Assembly: GCA_034722055.1 (NCBI GenBank)
Contig: JAYENL010000242.1
Location: 1-64,000, forward strand
Reading direction: 5' to 3'
Length of the DNA: 64,000 nucleotides
Source: Armatimonadota bacterium
Lineage (GTDB): Bacteria; Armatimonadota; Zipacnadia; Zipacnadales; UBA5352
Shown in pieces: positions 56,601-64,000 of this stretch; the first letter of the stretch is position 1; every line of letters starts with the position of its first letter. Made by a program: the position numbers and the translations under genes. The notes beneath the pieces are model-generated. The model saw only the letters and a list, made by a program, of their open reading frames with translations, was not told the DNA's origin and made no database searches.

Positions 56601-57484
56601 ACGCCTTCTACGCGACCATCGACGGGAAGGTCGGCCCCCTGGAGCTGAGCCGCCTGCGGGGGCGCTTCGACAGCCTGGTGCGCTTCGAGCCCCCCGGCGC
56701 TCTGGCCTCGCAGGTGCTTCTGGTGAGCCGGGCGGAGGACGCCGCCGCAGTCTGGCCGATCCTGCGCCTGGTCCGCCACGGCGAGCCGCACGTGGCCGTG
56801 ACGCTGCTGAACCTCTCGGCGCAGTCCCAGAGCGGCACCTGCCGGGTCGCGAACCTGAGCTTCCCCGAGCCGCGGGAGGACGAGATTCAGGCGGCACGGG
56901 AGCAGCTTCCCCTGACGCGGAGCGAGGCGCAGTTCGACCTTGAGCCGCGCGAGGCCGGCACCCTGCGCTTCCCGGTCGAGAGCCTGCGGCGGCACTACTA
57001 CACGGTGCGTCTGCAGGCCACGATCCAGCGGGAGGGCAAACCACCGATCCAGCGCGAGTTCCTGGCGCTGCCGATCATGCTCGACGGCTCGTTCGAGGCC
57101 CTGGGCACCGACAGCGACCTGGCGGTGCACGGCCGGCGCGTCCTGGAGCTGGGCCCGTCGATGGAGGGCTACCAGTACGCCCCGCAGCGACTGTGGGTGG
57201 AGCCGGGCCACCGCTACCGGCTGCAGGTGCGGTCGCGGCGGACCGGCTTCGATGCCCGGGTCCACAGCACGGCGCTGCAGGTTCGCGGGGAGAGCTTCGA
57301 GGGCCCCATCGAGCGCGCTGCCGTGGACACCGACCGCGTCGATGAGTGGCAGACGCTGGAGTACGAGTTCGAGACGCCGGATGACCTGACGCGCGCCACG
57401 CTGTACCTCTACAACGTGGAGTCACCCGACACCGCGTGGTTCGATGACGTCTACGTTGAGGACCTGGGACCGGCGGTGCAGTAG
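53648..57484 (+). CDS. Large secreted putative glycoside hydrolase (DUF6259-like) with CBM-like termini
   Basis: GAGGAGG SD; signal peptide; GLYVGAHDP, HGGGWHSGADRYRRW, YIDVLG; C-terminal DGSFE...WFDDVYVE. Confidence 0.72.
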   Translation: MRRSGPLIAVLLCTFLVPAAAREVTIPLEIADGEGCRFDARGAQLLARVPTPNDDGLIAIEAEETVRHQFDPNVRHANTSMPQDPDSSAGRYLDHAVYASYQFIARQPGDYWLWVRVRTGEGRWRFRDVVNGTVWWFFDEPERNEPPDEPDRWHWAKRRKVTLGEGFNRLVVTDYGYDFPQVDRFVFAPSEDWRPEGMGPEVIADMATGGWVETSPLTIPGLQRLVRLEGLPGQTAEVSARTEESEQWQRVHHGLVSSGQVRLDGTAPAGDGLQFRIWLSGVSSMMREGSLAAVAEVDESRYVELHSGRTRLVLDGETAGLFLVQDAESGEAIAMPGRPQPLISVDFKRAGQRRKVRVDPEGVTELIAEHDERRGWLWQEQEPQPAITEPRSVKVGDNSLSATWMFAIEGMGRAEVGYAIEPDDAGGFRMEARVRPLEGPADVVAVTFPRIEHCRLGRSGLDDVQFRMQSFGHEAVNPGSGPIRDASYLGSVVMPWQEVYDRDLGLYVGAHDPQAYNCQFVSEAGGLAAEHFSFALRKLDDISPGAERTYPFELAVHGGGWHSGADRYRRWFRETFGRAEYPDWMRTFDGWLDLQAENMRRRFRFSHLPDILTRARAIGLDWTQVWGQFSYDGGPCCHDFGALSPLYGGRQGWAEAAHEIVSRGGHIGGYFVYDRLDRLPILTDWFLGHFRKSQYPEDTPWVTADFFTDMMVITDPGGELPAWPPPQDELDERLAAIEEHQELYESWERARPVIWWEKVWVNDPQWWEYLRSWIVDLYAREYGCNACYIDVLGCGGAMESYDPRRGHNGEGSWGLGRLNIAREVVEGAREVFPDYAPSMEGMGDLPGLYCASMCSGVYRGARNVMRYTFPDRIFIHGLANSGSGGSSIDRYCETFLEGMRYDFVGMPAADGLRFLRLQRSFTAWLYDARFMDTRGLTVTDPRVKVRRHDLADGPVRGCLLTIVNREGLEQQGVTCDESALGGVSHAFYATIDGKVGPLELSRLRGRFDSLVRFEPPGALASQVLLVSRAEDAAAVWPILRLVRHGEPHVAVTLLNLSAQSQSGTCRVANLSFPEPREDEIQAAREQLPLTRSEAQFDLEPREAGTLRFPVESLRRHYYTVRLQATIQREGKPPIQREFLALPIMLDGSFEALGTDSDLAVHGRRVLELGPSMEGYQYAPQRLWVEPGHRYRLQVRSRRTGFDARVHSTALQVRGESFEGPIERAAVDTDRVDEWQTLEYEFETPDDLTRATLYLYNVESPDTAWFDDVYVEDLGPAVQ

Positions 57485-57490
57485 CCAGGG

Positions 57491-57543
57491 GCACAACGGG
57501 GCGGCTCCCCCGGAGAGATCACCGGGGGAGCCGGTCGTTGTGC
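57491..57543. terminator. Long hairpin between convergent genes
   Basis: CGGCTCCCCCGG-N8-CCGGGGGAGCCG, extended by GCACAACG/CGTTGTGC. Confidence 0.65.
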
Positions 57544-57562
57544 TCAGCCTCGGGGAGGCCGA

Positions 57563-58222
57563 TCAGGGACCCCACTCGACACCGGTCGGCAGGCGCTGCG
57601 GCCCGGGGGCGTTGTTGTAGTTGGTGTCGTAGGGCACCTGGAACCACTTGGAGTGGCCGTCACAGAATCCGAAGTTCGCCCCGCCGTTGTGGCGATCCGG
57701 GATGATGGAGCGGATGTAGCCGTTCTTGACGGGGACACTGGTGTAGATCGAGTAGGAAAGCGAGTACCCCTCGTCGTAGTTGTCGGCGGTGATCATGACC
57801 GCGGCCGGCTTCTCGATCTCGGCCAGCAGGTAGCCATCGACTGCGTTGTTGATGCCGTAAGCCTGGCGGCCGGTGTAGTTCCCGCTCCACTTGTAGCGCC
57901 AGGAGGGGCAGTGGAAGAGCTGGATGTTCTTCACGTACGGGTAGATCGGACATGGCCAGATCATCCCGGCGCTGGTGCGGCCGCCCGGGTACAGAATCGC
58001 ACCACTGACACCAGTGTTGTAATACCGCATGGGCAGCGTCTCGTCGTAGTCCTCTGCGTACATCAAAGTCGCAAGCGTAATCTGCTTGACGTTTGAGAGG
58101 CACGACGACTGTCGCGCCTTCTCCCGCGCCCTCGCGAAGACCGGGAACAGAATTGCCGCCAGGATCGCGATGATGGCGATCACGACCAGCAATTCGATGA
58201 GGGTAAAGCCACTGCGCCGCAT
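57563..58222 (-). CDS. DUF1559 / prepilin-type N-terminal cleavage protein with H-X9-DG domain
   Basis: [64 protein letters not shown]. Confidence 0.93.
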   Translation of the reverse strand: MRRSGFTLIELLVVIAIIAILAAILFPVFARAREKARQSSCLSNVKQITLATLMYAEDYDETLPMRYYNTGVSGAILYPGGRTSAGMIWPCPIYPYVKNIQLFHCPSWRYKWSGNYTGRQAYGINNAVDGYLLAEIEKPAAVMITADNYDEGYSLSYSIYTSVPVKNGYIRSIIPDRHNGGANFGFCDGHSKWFQVPYDTNYNNAPGPQRLPTGVEWGP

Positions 58223-58328
58223 CGGTCTACCTCCTTGGATGTGCCTTCACTACCTCGCTTGCTAGTCCTTTCGCGGCGAACGTAAGAACCCCTCTCTCAC
58301 GTTGGCGAAAAGTCCGAGCTCCGCACAC

Positions 58329-58359
58329 ATTGTCCCAGCCAGCGGTCGCTTGCGCAAGC
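58329..58359 (-). promoter_or_regulatory. sigma70-like promoter with palindrome over the -35 element
   Basis: TTGCGC-N17-GACAAT with extended TG; GCTTGCGCAAGC at 58348-58359. Confidence 0.55.
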
Positions 58360-58424
58360 CGGCGCATGTTGACGACCAGGGCACTCGGCGGCTTCGGCTA
58401 TCGTGAAGATGCGCGACGTGCTCG

Positions 58425-58459
58425 CTGGAGCGGCCGCCGGGCGCGCAGCGCCCGGTGAG
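58425..58459 (+). repeat. GTGGAGGGGCCGC-family hairpin repeat, homolog of 31048-31082
   Basis: CTGGAGCGGCCGCCGGGCGCGCAGCGCCCGGTGAG. Confidence 0.7.
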
Positions 58460-58627
58460 ACCGGAGGTCTCCTGAGGTTCCACCCGGGCCCGCGCCACGA
58501 AAAGCCTGGGACGCGGGCGCCTGACGATCCCGCCCCGGCTGAAGTGACAGCGCACCGGCCGAAGCCGGTGCGCTCCTCGCCGATGACGGGCGGCGAGGCC
58601 CGTCCTGGCTCTCCCCGAAGGCCCGGT

Positions 58628-59326
58628 TCAGCCCTGCAACTCCTGGATCCACTGCAGGACCATCTGACGGGCTCTATCGCCCTCCGCCACCAGGTCACCC
58701 TCGGGACCGTAGACCTTGAAGTTCGGGATGCTCTGCAGCTCAAACTGTCGTGCGACCGGCGACTGCCAGTCGATGCCCCGACGGTCAGGGCGGTTGATGT
58801 CCACCTTCACCAGCACGATGTCATCGCGCTCCTCGGCAAGCTGCTTCAGATATGGGTCCAGGCGCACGCACGGGCCGCAGTACTTGCTGGTGAAGTCAAA
58901 GATGACGGTCTGTCCCTCCACGAGGTAATCCTCCAGGTTCACCTGCTCCCCGTGCGAGATGACGCGCACCTCCTCGGTCTTTGACCCCTTCACCCAGTCA
59001 ACCACATCCGTGGCGAACTTGGCCTTCTCGGCGGGCAGGCCGGCCTGCTCGGACATCTCGAAGACCTGCGCCATGAGGTACATGTGGGCCGTCGCGACCC
59101 AGTAGAGCTCCTCCGCGGACCGCTCCTTCAGCGTCTCGCGCGTGCCATCGACGATCTGTCTGGCGTGAGAGTAGACGTCACCCCATTCGCCCTGGTCGGC
59201 GGCCTCTCGCATCGCCTGCCCCACACTGAGGACATCGAGCGCAGCGCCTTCCTCCTCCTGTGCCACCGCGATCCCGCACGTCGTCAGCCCGATCACCACA
59301 GCCGTCGCCAGCGCAAGCTCTCGCAC
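58628..59326 (-). CDS. Secreted thioredoxin-family protein
   Basis: AAGGAGG SD and GTG; signal peptide; DFTSKYCGPC, VKVDIN, SIP. Confidence 0.85.
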   Translation of the reverse strand: MRELALATAVVIGLTTCGIAVAQEEEGAALDVLSVGQAMREAADQGEWGDVYSHARQIVDGTRETLKERSAEELYWVATAHMYLMAQVFEMSEQAGLPAEKAKFATDVVDWVKGSKTEEVRVISHGEQVNLEDYLVEGQTVIFDFTSKYCGPCVRLDPYLKQLAEERDDIVLVKVDINRPDRRGIDWQSPVARQFELQSIPNFKVYGPEGDLVAEGDRARQMVLQWIQELQG

Positions 59327-59383
59327 ATCGCATCCTCCTTCCCCGTCTCTGGGCCTGTGCACCACTGCAGTTCAGGACATCAG

Positions 59384-60253
59384 TCAGACGCCCGACGCTC
59401 CGCCTCTGCCGGCCTCCCGTTCCTGCTGCACCGCGGAGAGCACGCAGCGGAGGTACTCCATCCCCCGGCGCGTTGCCTCCACGTGGTCCATGGCCCCCTC
59501 GTACTCGAAGGCCAGGTGACCGTCGTAGCCGATCTCGACGAGCGCCGAGAGGATCGCGCGATGATCGAGGACGCCCTCGCCGTGAAGTCCGCCGCGGATC
59601 CAGGAGCCGGACGGCAGCCGGATGCGAGCCTGCTGCGGGTCGGGCTCCCAGTCCTTGACGTGGCAGTTCGCGATCGCGTCGGCAAACTCGCGCGCGGCGG
59701 CAACGGGATCGTCCCCGCCCACCAGCCAGTTCCCGTTGTCGAAGGTCAGCCTCAGTCCCGGCACGCCGTCGAGGAGCCGCCTCACCTCCTCAATTGACGC
59801 GTATGGTGCCAGCGGGTTCGGGAAATCCTCGATGGTGACCGTGACATCACGACCCGAGGCGTAGGCCACCGCCTCCCTCAGCCCCTCCGCGATACGCTCT
59901 GCGGCCCGCGGCTTGTCCTCGGGGCCCTCCGCTCGACCCGGGATCAGCATCACTACCGGGCATCCCATGTCCGCGGCTGCATCGATGAGCGCCCGGGCCT
60001 GCACCAGCCCGGAGGCGAATGCCGCATCATCGGACGCCGCCAGATCCGCGGGTCCGTTGATGCACGAGATCGCCACCTCCCGAGCGGCGCAGACGTCGGC
60101 GATCTCATCAGGCGTCCGGCCGGCGAGATCCCTGCCCGACAGCTCCAAGGCCTCGAACTGCAGCTCCCGGGCCAGGTCCGCCATCTCCTCCAGCGTCTGC
60201 AGCCCGCCCGGCTGGCCCGCATGGACCGTGTAGGTCATCAGCGACCATCGCAT
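59384..60253 (-). CDS. Sugar phosphate isomerase/epimerase
   Basis: TIEDF, TFDNGN, CHVKD, GEGVLD, GYDGHLAFEY. Confidence 0.85.
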   Translation of the reverse strand: MRWSLMTYTVHAGQPGGLQTLEEMADLARELQFEALELSGRDLAGRTPDEIADVCAAREVAISCINGPADLAASDDAAFASGLVQARALIDAAADMGCPVVMLIPGRAEGPEDKPRAAERIAEGLREAVAYASGRDVTVTIEDFPNPLAPYASIEEVRRLLDGVPGLRLTFDNGNWLVGGDDPVAAAREFADAIANCHVKDWEPDPQQARIRLPSGSWIRGGLHGEGVLDHRAILSALVEIGYDGHLAFEYEGAMDHVEATRRGMEYLRCVLSAVQQEREAGRGGASGV

Positions 60254-60299
60254 TCGCCCGCCGCCTCTCGGTGAGTATGTCACTCGTGCTGCCCGCGCG

Positions 60300-61166
60300 T
60301 CACAGCGCCCCGAGCTCCCGCAGCAGCGCCCGCCGCATGGTCTCCACGGGCGGCTGCTGGCCGCTCCAGTGCTGCAGCGAGATGGCGCCCTGGTGCACCA
60401 GCATCCCGGCCCCGTCCACGGCCTCGGCCCCGGCGGCCCGCGCCGCCTGCAGCATCACGGTGTCGATGGGATTATAGGTGAGGTCCACGACCACCTGGCC
60501 TGAGCGAAGCCACTCGCCCGGCACCACCGGCTCCACGTCGGTGTTCGGATACATGCCCACCGAGGTGCAGTCCACCACCACGTCCGCCCCCTCCACCGCC
60601 CGTCGGGCCGTGCCGTCCAGCGGACCGGAAGCGACCTCACTCAGCCCGGTCGTCTCCCGGACCAGGTCCGCGAGCTGCTCGGCGCGCTGCGGGGTGCGGT
60701 TGATGATGGTGATGCCGGATGCCCCCTCCCGGGCGCAGGCGTAGGCGACCGAACGGGCTGAGCCGCCGGCCCCGATGATGGTAACGGCCGCGCCCTGCAG
60801 TTCATGGCCCTGCTCTTGCAGCGAGCGCACGAAACCGGGGCCGTCGGTGTTGTGGCCGATCAGGCGTCCGTCCTCGGCCCGCACGATGGTGTTGACCGCG
60901 CCCAGAGCCGAGGCGGTGTCGTCGATCTCGTCGAGATGGTCGATGACCGCGGCCTTATGGGGGATGGTCACGTTCAGGCCCACCAGCCCCAGCGCGCGCA
61001 CGGCCCGCACCGCCTCGCCGACGTGATCGGGCTGCACGGCGAAGGCCAGGTAGATCCAGTTCAGGCCCATCTCCGCCAGGGCCGCGTTGTGCATGGCCGG
61101 CGAGAGGCTGTGCTCCACCGGCCAGCCGATGACCCCCACCAGCCGCGTCTGCGTGTCCGGCCTCAC
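60300..61166 (-). CDS. aroE: Shikimate dehydrogenase
   Basis: HSLSPAMHN, NVTIPHK, GAVNT, NTDG, GAGGSAR, GMLVHQG. Confidence 0.96.
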   Translation of the reverse strand: MRPDTQTRLVGVIGWPVEHSLSPAMHNAALAEMGLNWIYLAFAVQPDHVGEAVRAVRALGLVGLNVTIPHKAAVIDHLDEIDDTASALGAVNTIVRAEDGRLIGHNTDGPGFVRSLQEQGHELQGAAVTIIGAGGSARSVAYACAREGASGITIINRTPQRAEQLADLVRETTGLSEVASGPLDGTARRAVEGADVVVDCTSVGMYPNTDVEPVVPGEWLRSGQVVVDLTYNPIDTVMLQAARAAGAEAVDGAGMLVHQGAISLQHWSGQQPPVETMRRALLRELGAL

Positions 61167-61714
61167 GCCTCATCACCAGCCTCGGGATACGATGGCATCA
61201 GCCCGGCCGCGGTCAACTTCCGTGCGATGTAGGCCTCCAGCCGCCGGTGCACGTGCCGCGTGATCACGAACTCACCGGCGGAGATCGGCTGCACCCAGAT
61301 CGTGTACAGCCCACAGCGGTTGGCGCCCCAGATGTCAGTCATGAGCTGGTCGCCGATCATCGCAGTTCGCTCGGGGGACGTCCCGATCTCGGCCAGCGCG
61401 CGCCGGTAGCCCCCGCTGAGGGGTTTTCGCTGCCAGTGCCAGACGGAGATGCCGGGCACGCCCAGCTCCTCCGACACCTGCCTGACGCGAAGCCCGCGCA
61501 CCGAGTTGCTCAGCAGGCACACGCCGAAGCGCTCGGCCGCTCGCCTCGCCCATGCGAGTCGCTGTGGCTCCATATCCCGGGCGCCGTAGGCCAGCAGAGT
61601 GTTATCCACGTCGATCAGCAGGCCCTCGATGCCACGGTCAGCGAGGGCCCCCAGGTCGATCTCCGTCACGCAGCGCGCCACCTCATCGGGCGCGAAGGCG
61701 GTGAGCATCCCCAT
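61163..61714 (-). CDS. yqeG: YqeG family HAD IIIA phosphatase
   Basis: IDVDNTL, LLSN, KP, IGDQLMTDIWGANR. Confidence 0.9.
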   Translation of the reverse strand: MGMLTAFAPDEVARCVTEIDLGALADRGIEGLLIDVDNTLLAYGARDMEPQRLAWARRAAERFGVCLLSNSVRGLRVRQVSEELGVPGISVWHWQRKPLSGGYRRALAEIGTSPERTAMIGDQLMTDIWGANRCGLYTIWVQPISAGEFVITRHVHRRLEAYIARKLTAAGLMPSYPEAGDEA

Positions 61715-61717
61715 CGG

Positions 61718-62716
61718 CTATCGGCCCCTGATGCGCGCTTTGGCCCGCTCGTGCTCCTCGTTGGTGCGGGTGAAAACGTGCGTCCCGTCCGGCTTCGCCA
61801 CGTAGAACAGGGCATCGGTCTCGGCCGGTCGCAGCGCCGCCATCAGCGACGGCAGCCCCGGCGAGGCAATGGGCCCGGGCGGCAGGCCCGGATGCTGATA
61901 GGTGTTGTAGGGCGAGTCCACACGGGTATCCCTGTTCAGCAGCCGCTGCTTGTGCTCGCCGAGGGCGTACTGCACCGTAGCGTCGATCTGCAGCAGCATG
62001 CCGCGGTCGAGGCGGTTCTGGATGACCCCGGCGATCAGCGCCCGCTCCTCGTCCACCTTCGCCTCGCGCTCCACCAGTGACGCCAGCGTCACGATCTCGT
62101 GCAGGCTCAGCCTCCGCTGTGCGATCTCCTCCCGATTCGGCCTCCAGAAGCGCTCCTGCAGCTCCAGCACCATGCGCCGCACGACCGCCTCAGCCCCATC
62201 GTCGTAGGTGAACTGGTAGGTCTCCGGGAAGAGATAGCCCTCCAGCTTCCCCTCCGGCGGCGGCATCTCGACCTCATCTGCAACCGTGGCCGGAACCGCC
62301 GCCGACAGGAACTCATTACGCCCGGCGATCCCCGCCTCTGCCACCCGATCAGCGATCTGCTCCAGCATCAGACCCTCCGGGATGGTCAGCCGCCGGGTGG
62401 CCACCTCGCCGTTGACCAGCCGCTGCGCCATCTGCCACGGTGTCATCGCCGGCGAGAGGGCGTAATGGCCCGCCTTGAGCTGTGCCGCAGGGCTGCGTAT
62501 CAGCAGCATGACACGGAAGGCCAGGGCGTTGCGGATCAGGCCGTCGCGCTCCAGCTCCCGGGCGATCCGGGCCACTCCCGAGCCCCGCTCAATCTCCACG
62601 ATGCGCTCCTCGGCGTCGCTCGCAAGCGGCCGCAGGCTCTGCCGATACCAGACGCTCGAGGCGCCGACGATGAGGCCGATGGCGAAGATGATGAGCAGCG
62701 GCAGATGCCTACGCAT
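61718..62716 (-). CDS. mltG: Endolytic transglycosylase MltG
   Basis: TIPEG, LEGYLFPETY, LASLVERE, SPYNTY..PGLPPGPI. Confidence 0.95.
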   Translation of the reverse strand: MRRHLPLLIIFAIGLIVGASSVWYRQSLRPLASDAEERIVEIERGSGVARIARELERDGLIRNALAFRVMLLIRSPAAQLKAGHYALSPAMTPWQMAQRLVNGEVATRRLTIPEGLMLEQIADRVAEAGIAGRNEFLSAAVPATVADEVEMPPPEGKLEGYLFPETYQFTYDDGAEAVVRRMVLELQERFWRPNREEIAQRRLSLHEIVTLASLVEREAKVDEERALIAGVIQNRLDRGMLLQIDATVQYALGEHKQRLLNRDTRVDSPYNTYQHPGLPPGPIASPGLPSLMAALRPAETDALFYVAKPDGTHVFTRTNEEHERAKARIRGR

Positions 62717-63140
62717 CGGTATCCGCCCGGTGTCGTCTGCTGTCCAGCCAGCTCTGCAGGATCAGAGCCGCGGCCACCTTGTCCACCTGCCCGCGGCGAT
62801 CGCGTGAGCTGAGGCCCGCGTCGGCCATGCTGCGGTCAGCCGCGGCCGTCGTCAGCCGCTCATCGCAGGTCTCCACCGGCACCGACGCGCGCCGGCGCAG
62901 CTCGTCCACCATCCCCTGCATCTGCTCGGCGGCGGGGCCCACCTCCCCCCGCAGGTTGATGGGCATGCCCACCACGATGCGCTCGACCTCCAGCTCCTCC
63001 GCCCGCGCCAGCACCTCCGCGATGGGATCGCTCCCCTCCTCAAGGCTGATGACCTCCAGCGGCGAGGCGATCAGCCCCGAGCGGTCGCTGACCGCCAGGC
63101 CGATGCGCCTCTCGCCCATGTCAACGCCCAGAGCGCGCAT
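62709..63140 (-). CDS. ruvX: Holliday junction resolvase-like RuvX/YqgF
   Basis: LGVDMGERRIGLAVSD, VVGMP, DERLTT, VDKVAAALIL. Confidence 0.95.
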   Translation of the reverse strand: MRALGVDMGERRIGLAVSDRSGLIASPLEVISLEEGSDPIAEVLARAEELEVERIVVGMPINLRGEVGPAAEQMQGMVDELRRRASVPVETCDERLTTAAADRSMADAGLSSRDRRGQVDKVAAALILQSWLDSRRHRADTDA

Positions 63141-63147
63141 GTCTCTC

Positions 63148-63999
63148 TCAGCCCTCGAGCTGCCTGGCCAGAATCTCGGCCGCGGCGGCGATGGCATCAT
63201 CGAGCTTCGCCGGGCTGCCGCCCCCCGCCTGCGCGAACCTGGGCGCGCCGCCCCCCCCGCCGCCGGCGCGCTCCGCCACCTCGCTGATGAGCTCACCGGC
63301 GTGCGCGCCTCGCTCGATGATGTCATCGGATACCTTCGCTACCAGCGCCACCTTCCGATCCGCGTCCCCGCCCAGCACGGCGGCGCCGGAGTCCAGCTTC
63401 TCGATGATCTCGTCGGCGAGGCTCTTGAGCATCTCCCGGTCCGCGCCATCGATCTTCGCGGCCACCAGCGTCGTCCCAGCGACCTCCGACGCCCCGGCGA
63501 TGAGGTCGGGCACGTTCACGCTGGCGCTCACCTGCCGGGCCTGCTCGACCTCCTTCTCAAGCTCCCTGACCTGCTGGCGAAGGGCACCGATGCGCCCGGC
63601 GATCTCCTCCACCGGGCAGTTCAGCTCCGCGGCCACGGCCTGCAGAGCCTCGTCGGCCTCGCGCGCGTGCCGCACCGCCGGCATCCCGGCCACCGCCTCG
63701 ATGCGCCGCGTCCCGGCCGCCACGGAGCTCTCCCCCAGGATGCGGAAGCTGCCGATCTCACCCGTGCGGCAGCAGTGGATCCCGCCGCACAGCTCGAAGC
63801 TCTCGGTTCCCACCCGCACCGTGCGCACCGTCTCGCCGTACTTCTCGCCGAACAGCGCGATGGCCCCGGCCTCCTCGGCCTCCTCCAGGTCCATGAAGTC
63901 CACATCCACGGGCAGGTCCTGAAGGATCCACTCGTTCACCTGCTCCTCGATCCGCACCAGGATGTCGTGATCTACCGCCTCGTGATGCGAGAAGTCGAA
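63148..63999 (-). CDS. alaS: Alanine--tRNA ligase, C-terminal part (5' end beyond window)
   Basis: ALFGEKYG, ELCGG.H, AAGTRRIEA, GGGGG....AQAGG. Confidence 0.96.
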   Translation of the reverse strand, partial: FDFSHHEAVDHDILVRIEEQVNEWILQDLPVDVDFMDLEEAEEAGAIALFGEKYGETVRTVRVGTESFELCGGIHCCRTGEIGSFRILGESSVAAGTRRIEAVAGMPAVRHAREADEALQAVAAELNCPVEEIAGRIGALRQQVRELEKEVEQARQVSASVNVPDLIAGASEVAGTTLVAAKIDGADREMLKSLADEIIEKLDSGAAVLGGDADRKVALVAKVSDDIIERGAHAGELISEVAERAGGGGGGAPRFAQAGGGSPAKLDDAIAAAAEILARQLEG

Positions 64000-64000
64000 G

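Noticed and set aside
1..64000. CRISPR array, tRNA/rRNA, transposase or integrase
   Set aside because: No regularly spaced direct repeats, tRNA-like arms or recombinase motifs were seen. The repeats are dispersed palindromes.

Overview
A high-GC (~68-70%) bacterial chromosomal window. The DUF1559-type prepilin N-terminus ([13 protein letters not shown]) and the alaS-ruvX-mltG-yqeG-aroE gene order suggest an Armatimonadota-like lineage; this is inference. Housekeeping blocks are prs-hisC-aroF-tyrA-aroA, cmk-plsC, folB, nifS-nadA, mgtE, an Fpg/Nei glycosylase and alaS-ruvX-mltG-yqeG-aroE. Carbohydrate-related genes include a GH106-like enzyme, a GH29 fucosidase, a sialidase-like protein, DUF4091/DUF6259-like secreted proteins, three Gfo/Idh/MocA oxidoreductases and an FGGY kinase. 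There is also a split MacAB-like ABC exporter and a P1B ATPase. The strongest finding is a complete ribosome-stalling attenuator architecture upstream of prs-hisC-aroF-tyrA-aroA: a sigma70 promoter, an unannotated leader peptide with His-His-Tyr-Tyr-His, an antiterminator and an intrinsic terminator, i.e. a candidate dual His/Tyr sensor. Other findings are a low-GC three-gene DUF3467-like/unknown/PIN-toxin module, a recurring sigmaH-like AGGW-N17-GAA promoter motif, several REP/MITE-like palindromic repeats with compensatory changes, a missed 56-aa membrane ORF, and gene remnants (GH20 domain, esterase, zinc ribbon). No rRNA, tRNA, CRISPR array or transposase was seen. All family calls come from motif recognition, not database searches.
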